Source: Candidatus Poribacteria bacterium (GTDB taxonomy: Bacteria > Poribacteria > WGA-4E > PCPOR2b). Taken from it: a stretch of 64,000 nt of DNA. Where the stretch lies: positions 5,063,354 to 5,127,353 of the forward strand of contig OZ244042.1 in the NCBI GenBank assembly GCA_965215015.1. Reading direction: 5' to 3'. Each line of letters starts with the position of its first letter. The stretch's first letter is position 1. Below the pieces are notes generated by a model. The model saw nothing but the letters and a program-made list of their open reading frames with translations, was not told the DNA's origin and did no database searches. The position numbers were made by a program, and so were the translations under genes. Shown piece after piece: positions 59,589-64,000 of this stretch.

Positions 59589-59661
59589 TGCCGAGGGGCA
59601 GAATTGAACTGCCGACACATGGATTTTCAGTCCACTGCTCTACCGACTGAGCTACCTCGGC
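59589..59661 (-). tRNA. tRNA-Phe (anticodon GAA)
   Basis: Minus-strand GCCGAGG-TA-GCTCAGTCGGTAGAGC-A-GTGGA-CTGAAAA-TCCAT-GTGTC-GGCAGTTCAATTCTGCC-CCTCGGC-A; canonical tRNA-Phe sequence. Confidence 0.9.
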
Positions 59662-60035
59662 ACGATTAAAAGTGGGTAGAATAATACCAAATGAATAAAG
59701 TGGATGTCAAGCGTTTTTTTACTTCGGGCACCCAAACCATACGGATTGAGCCAACCGGGCGGCGACAGTGAATCCCAAAGCAGTCGGCACGCGGAGCGTG
59801 CCCGCCCCCGGCTTACGGGGAAGGAGGGGTTACGGCATACGGCGTATGCCTTAATTAAGTTCGTAGTAGCGCAATTCATTGCGCGTAAGGAGGGGTTACG
59901 GCAAACCGCGTATGCCTACTACCTTAAAGACGTGCAATGAACATGCTACTACAAGCTCAATGTGTAACACCTAAGTAAAATAAAAAGCCCTATGCGCTGT
60001 ATATAGGGCTTGAGGTCAATCTGAAATGTTTTCTA

Positions 60036-60443
60036 TTATCGCGGTTGGACGCCTGGCCACTGATCATCGCTTGCTGTCACATCTACTACAATTCCGTCAG
60101 GGTCTTCCACCTTGAACGATTCGTCCGGGGGCGAATCCGGATCGTAGGCTTTTCCGCCAACTCCATCCGATATAATTGTGAAGCCATTCGCCTCACACCG
60201 CTGCGCTGCTTCCTGTAGGTCTGGGACACGAACACCGATGTGGAGATAGTCCAGCATTCCACCAACGTGCGGCGGACGTTCGGGGCCATTGTGCTGAAAG
60301 ACCCGGAAGTTGTGGTAGCCATCGGTGAGATCGTAGCAGCCATCCATTGTTGAAAACACTTTCAATCCGAGGGCATCGCGCCAAAATCGGATAGTCTCCT
60401 CTAAATTGGTGGCGCGGACACCGATATGTACGAGGGTTGACAT
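60036..60443 (-). CDS. VOC family protein (glyoxalase/bleomycin resistance/dioxygenase fold)
   Basis: LVHIGVRATNLEETIRFWRDALGL and second LHIGVRVPDLQEAAQRCEANG, two beta-alpha-beta-beta-beta modules. Confidence 0.8.
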   Translation of the reverse strand: MSTLVHIGVRATNLEETIRFWRDALGLKVFSTMDGCYDLTDGYHNFRVFQHNGPERPPHVGGMLDYLHIGVRVPDLQEAAQRCEANGFTIISDGVGGKAYDPDSPPDESFKVEDPDGIVVDVTASDDQWPGVQPR

Positions 60444-60535
60444 TACTGATTCCTCCTTGTAGAAAAGGTTACAAAGTACGGGGAATTATAGCACACTTGC
60501 ATCAAGGGAAAAACAAAAAAACACTTCGAGCGCGT

Positions 60536-60970
60536 TTAATGTACAGCGATGCTATCCCGAATCCTCTCCAATGTTTTCTCCCCAATGCCTTTGACGTTGG
60601 TAAGGTCATCAACGGTGGAAAATTCGCCGGAGATTTGACGGTATTCAATAATGCGTTGCGCCATTACAGGTCCAATACCTTGCAGTGTTTGTAATTCTTG
60701 GGAGGTCGCGGTATTGATATTAATGTGCACCCTATCTGACGGTACAGACCTCTTTACGGAAAGCTGCGAGGACACAGAAGGAACAGATGGGGTGGAAGGT
60801 GGAGGTGATGTAGGTAAAGGTGGGGCCGCTTCTGTCTCGATAACGAGATCGGGTTCACCGAGAAAAAGCGCGGGGTGAAAATGCTTTAACATCCAATACC
60901 CCCCGGCGGCAAGTATCACGACAACGAGAGCAATAATAACCTTGTTATATTCTGATTCGAGGAGGTCCAT
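60536..60970 (-). CDS. comEA: ComEA-like helix-hairpin-helix DNA-binding protein
   Basis: N-terminal TM, Pro/Ser-rich linker, C-terminal INTATSQELQTLQGIGPVMAQRIIEYR...VKGIGEKTLERI (tandem HhH). Confidence 0.8.
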   Translation of the reverse strand: MDLLESEYNKVIIALVVVILAAGGYWMLKHFHPALFLGEPDLVIETEAAPPLPTSPPPSTPSVPSVSSQLSVKRSVPSDRVHININTATSQELQTLQGIGPVMAQRIIEYRQISGEFSTVDDLTNVKGIGEKTLERIRDSIAVH

Positions 60971-60991
60971 CTTCTATCTGTACCGACCTAG

Positions 60992-62077
60992 CTATTTAAT
61001 CCAGCCGCCACCAACGACGGTGTCGCCATCATAGAATACCGCTGCCTGTCCCGGAGTCACAGCACGACGCGGTTGATCAAACTTGACTTCCACCTCTGTG
61101 TCCCCCAAGGGACTAATCGTCGCCGCTGCCCCTGCATCCTTATAGCGAATCTTGACATCGGATCGTATCGGCTCAGTTAGCTTATCCATCGTGATGAGGT
61201 TCACCTTCTCGACCTGCATTGTATCCGCCAAGAGGTCTTCGTTCTTTCCAACGACAATGGTGTTGTCGTGAACCTTTAACTCCGTAACATAGAGCGGCGT
61301 ATTGGCAGAAATCCCCAACCCTCTCCGTTGGCCAACCGTATAAAACGGGATTCCTTGATGCGCTCCGAGCACCTGACCTTCTTGGTCAACGATAGTGCCT
61401 TCCTGAATATTTTCAGGGATTCGATCCGTAAGAAATCGCTTGTAGTTGTCATCTGCTATAAAGCAGAGCTCTTGGCTTTCCGGCTTCTCCGCTGTTCGCA
61501 ACTGATACTTCCGTGCTACCTCTCTTACCTCGTCCTTTGCGTACCCGCCAAGCGGCATCAACGCGCGGCTCAACTGTGCCTGTGTCAACGAAAACAGGAA
61601 GTAGGACTGATCTTTGCGGGAATCAATCCCTTTGTGCAAGGTATAGCGACCTGTCTCCGGATCGCGTTCGATTCTGGCGTAGTGCCCTGTCGCTACGTGC
61701 TCAACTTCCAATTGCGTTGCGAGCTCAAGTAGTTTCCCAAACTTCAAGTCCTGATTGCAGATGACGCAGGGGCTCGGTGTCCGTCCAGAAACGTATTCGT
61801 CAGTAAAGTAATCAATGATACTCTGGCGGAAAGGTGTTTCGTAATTGACGGCGTAAAACGGTATCCCCAACTGTGTCGCAACCCGCCGTGCATCCTCAAC
61901 ACCCTCAAGCGAGCAACAGCTCGGCTTATCCGACTCGATCTCGATTGTGTCATGTGTACCGAGTCGCATGGTAATTGCAATCACATCATAGCCGGCTTCA
62001 ACCATCAATGCCGCAGTTACTGAACTATCAACACCGCCGCTCATCGCAGCGATAACCTTCGTGTCCAATATAATCAC
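60992..62077 (-). CDS. mnmA: tRNA-specific 2-thiouridylase MnmA
   Basis: PP-loop AAMSGGVDSSV; catalytic cysteines (CCSLEG..., CFIAD); length 361 aa. Confidence 0.9.
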   Translation of the reverse strand: MIILDTKVIAAMSGGVDSSVTAALMVEAGYDVIAITMRLGTHDTIEIESDKPSCCSLEGVEDARRVATQLGIPFYAVNYETPFRQSIIDYFTDEYVSGRTPSPCVICNQDLKFGKLLELATQLEVEHVATGHYARIERDPETGRYTLHKGIDSRKDQSYFLFSLTQAQLSRALMPLGGYAKDEVREVARKYQLRTAEKPESQELCFIADDNYKRFLTDRIPENIQEGTIVDQEGQVLGAHQGIPFYTVGQRRGLGISANTPLYVTELKVHDNTIVVGKNEDLLADTMQVEKVNLITMDKLTEPIRSDVKIRYKDAGAAATISPLGDTEVEVKFDQPRRAVTPGQAAVFYDGDTVVGGGWIK

Positions 62078-62321
62078 CTACCTCCACAATTTGCAGAATG
62101 AAATTATAATCTAAGTGACTACCTGTCGCCCCACTGGGGCTAAAGAAGGAGTGGGCCAACCACGCTTCTAAGTCCCTTGGTTTCTCATTCGATATAGTTA
62201 AAAGTACAAAATATCAATAGGCTTTAAGTGAATTTTATATTAGGAATTATATTAAGGATAGCATACGCTCTCATGCGTTGTCAAGATCTTCAGAATTTCT
62301 AGAAAGTTTTGACAATTTTAC

Positions 62322-62350
62322 TTGACTACTTTATATTTGTGTGGTATAAT
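62322..62350 (+). promoter_or_regulatory. Sigma70-type promoter TTGACT-17-TATAAT
   Basis: TTGACT at 62322-62327, 17-nt spacer, TATAAT at 62345-62350, in an AT-rich region ~70 nt upstream of the small ORF. Confidence 0.55.
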
Positions 62351-62416
62351 TCACATTTGGAAAAACGAGGATTAACATATTGTGAAATGCAACCCCCTTC
62401 GTAACCTAGTGAAAGT

Positions 62417-62626
62417 ATGATGTATATACATAAAGAAAGGAACTCCCAAGTGAAAACAGCATCTTCATCAAAAGTAACTAAAGCAATCCACGTGATCAAA
62501 GATCAGTGTTGCGCCAAGTGTGGTACGCAAGCGAAAGGCTTTGTCTACCGCAAAGCGCATCCGATTTACTACTGCCGCAGATGCTTGCGCGATGAGATTG
62601 ACAATCGTGGACAATTGGTCGCGTAA
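62417..62626 (+). CDS. Small zinc-ribbon protein (CC-x2-C ... C-x2-C)
   Basis: 57-69 aa; DQCCAKCGTQ...YYCRRCLRDE; likely GTG start at ~62450 with AGGAA RBS; followed by a terminator. Confidence 0.4.
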   Translation: MMYIHKERNSQVKTASSSKVTKAIHVIKDQCCAKCGTQAKGFVYRKAHPIYYCRRCLRDEIDNRGQLVA

Positions 62627-62761
62627 GTGTAACGCAAATTGCTAGGTGATAAACCAAGCGTCAAAAACCGACGCAAGGGTCGGGAATTCCAATTCCCGAC
62701 TCCTACACAATACAGCCGGTAGGGGACGCACCTTCTAAGTCGCGATTTGCGTTACAAAACT

Positions 62762-62795
62762 AAAAAAGGGCGTACCCACAGGCGCGCCCTTTTTT
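62762..62795. terminator. Bidirectional rho-independent terminator between convergent genes
   Basis: AAAAAA-GGGCGT-ACCCACAG-GCGCGCCC-TTTTTT: GC stem flanked by A-tract upstream and T-tract downstream. Confidence 0.6.
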
Positions 62796-62813
62796 AGTTG
62801 TTCGTTTGATATA

Positions 62814-63980
62814 CTAATTATCATCCTCACGTTCACTGAGCAACTCGCCACGTGCCAGCCGTTCCGCATTCTCGGTTGACCAGAGGATATTCTTCATCAA
62901 CTTTTGTGCGGTGATGTAACGGGTCGCCGCGAGGAGATGCATCCGCTTCTCCTCGGAGTCGCTAGTCAGCGCATAGTGCCGAAAAGCGACTTCGAGCACC
63001 TGAAACATGTGAAGTTCTGCATCTTCACGGAGTAGAATGTGAGCCAATGCACGCTTGAGCGCGTCAACGTCGTGACCTTCCTCCCAATATTGGTTCACAA
63101 GGATTTCCGCTTCGTAGACCTTTTGGAAGTCGGCAAACTCCTGAAAACGATCCAACATCTCATCAACGGAGTCGAAAGCTTCGTCAAGCCGTTGACCGAG
63201 GCGGGGGATACGCGCCGCCGGCATGTTCAACCAGCGTAGGTAGTTCAGGAACACGGCACCGTGGAAGATTCCACGTAAAAGGTCTGCGCTCGGTGCGTAG
63301 TGGGACGCGCAGTAAAGCGCGTGTGCGTAGGAGTAAATGTTTGCCACGTCGTGCCAATCGCCCTCATTCTTGAGATGGAAGCGCGCGGTCCGAATCGCTG
63401 CAGCGTAAGTCATAGCTCGGCAGATATCGGTCGGTTTCACACCGGCGCGAAGTTTCTCCTCAATCTCCGCAACAATCGGCACAAAATCGTCGCCAAGCAT
63501 CGTTTCGGTGAAATCCGAAATATTGAGTTCCGCCGCATTGGCTTGGTTCGCCTCCCAGATTTCATCCAACCGATTGAAGATTGGCTCCAGCACCGGCACA
63601 CTATCTGCCCATCGGGACGTCTCCTCATGCCGTGTCCGGCTAACCAAATCGACCACAATTGGACGCAAGATCTCATGTGCGCCCTCCCACTCGACGTAAT
63701 CCAACGCTTCAAACATCTTGTTGGCAAAATCGAGGGCGTGACCGTCGCCGGTGAAGTAGAAATCAGTGGCAGCAGTAAACACGAAATCCGCTATGACCGA
63801 TTTGCCGTAGCCGCGGTCATTCAGCGTGAGCAGAATGCGCTCAGCGGCACCGCGGTCCCGTTTGTCGATAAAATAGCGGAACCATCGTTTCAGGGTTGCG
63901 AGGTCGTGTTCCTCTGTGGCCTGTGGGAACGGCGCACGATATGGACGCGAACTTCCCGATGTTCGACGGCTGATCTGCAC
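62814..63980 (-). CDS. Hypothetical protein (no family recognised)
   Basis: 388-aa ORF, alpha-helical composition; start at or near window end. Confidence 0.4.
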   Translation of the reverse strand: MQISRRTSGSSRPYRAPFPQATEEHDLATLKRWFRYFIDKRDRGAAERILLTLNDRGYGKSVIADFVFTAATDFYFTGDGHALDFANKMFEALDYVEWEGAHEILRPIVVDLVSRTRHEETSRWADSVPVLEPIFNRLDEIWEANQANAAELNISDFTETMLGDDFVPIVAEIEEKLRAGVKPTDICRAMTYAAAIRTARFHLKNEGDWHDVANIYSYAHALYCASHYAPSADLLRGIFHGAVFLNYLRWLNMPAARIPRLGQRLDEAFDSVDEMLDRFQEFADFQKVYEAEILVNQYWEEGHDVDALKRALAHILLREDAELHMFQVLEVAFRHYALTSDSEEKRMHLLAATRYITAQKLMKNILWSTENAERLARGELLSEREDDN

Positions 63981-64000
63981 CAGTCCATGTACGAGGAATA

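Noticed and set aside
1-64000. rRNA genes, prophage structural genes, integrases, cas1/cas2/cas6
   Set aside because: No sequence resembling conserved rRNA segments; no capsid/terminase/integrase-like or Cas1/Cas2/Cas6-like translations were seen in any frame.

Overview
Mixed accessory/housekeeping window from a bacterium whose proteins look Planctomycete/PVC- or Poribacteria-like (PSCyt1-type heme motif, PQQ beta-propellers, prenyltransferase repeats, eukaryote-like LRR and WD40 repeats). The organism assignment is inference only. The centrepiece is a complete type III-B (Cmr) CRISPR-Cas interference module on the minus strand (~13.4-24.6 kb). It comprises cmr1, an HD-less cas10/cmr2 with intact GGDD cyclase motif, cmr3, cmr4, cmr5, and a cmr6 carrying a ~185-aa C-terminal extension. 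Three presumptive cOA-responsive CARF effectors accompany it: a canonical Csx1, a long Csx1 with an extra C-terminal CARF-like domain, and a 364-aa CARF protein with a possible degenerate Can2/Card1-type nuclease domain. No CRISPR array, cas6 or cas1/cas2 lies in the window. A ~120-bp promoter/operator-like element is duplicated upstream of cmr1 and of the long csx1. Immediately upstream of the Cmr module is a translationally coupled operon of two DUF488 paralogs and a RecQ helicase with an unusual ~200-aa N-terminal extension. About 5 kb beyond the Cmr module is a Dcm-type C5-methyltransferase with a convergent, 77-bp-overlapping candidate restriction endonuclease, followed by a doubly inactivated UPF0175 antitoxin pseudogene. 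Together these form a defense-island-like neighbourhood. Other content: a 1421-aa secreted LRR/dockerin/T9SS-CTD protein with near-identical 66-bp intragenic DNA repeats, an IS4-like transposase remnant, a coxD/coxE/mocA-like accessory trio, many oxidoreductases (Zn-ADHs, OYE-FAD reductase, Gfo/Idh/MocA, AKRs, PhyH dioxygenases, VOC), an Sfp-type PPTase, an ECF sigma/anti-sigma/LTXXQ operon, tRNA-Thr(CGT) and tRNA-Phe(GAA), ComEA and MnmA. Intergenic space is densely populated by several families of structured, GC-rich hairpin (MITE/REP-like) repeats, one with perfect 11-bp terminal inverted repeats.
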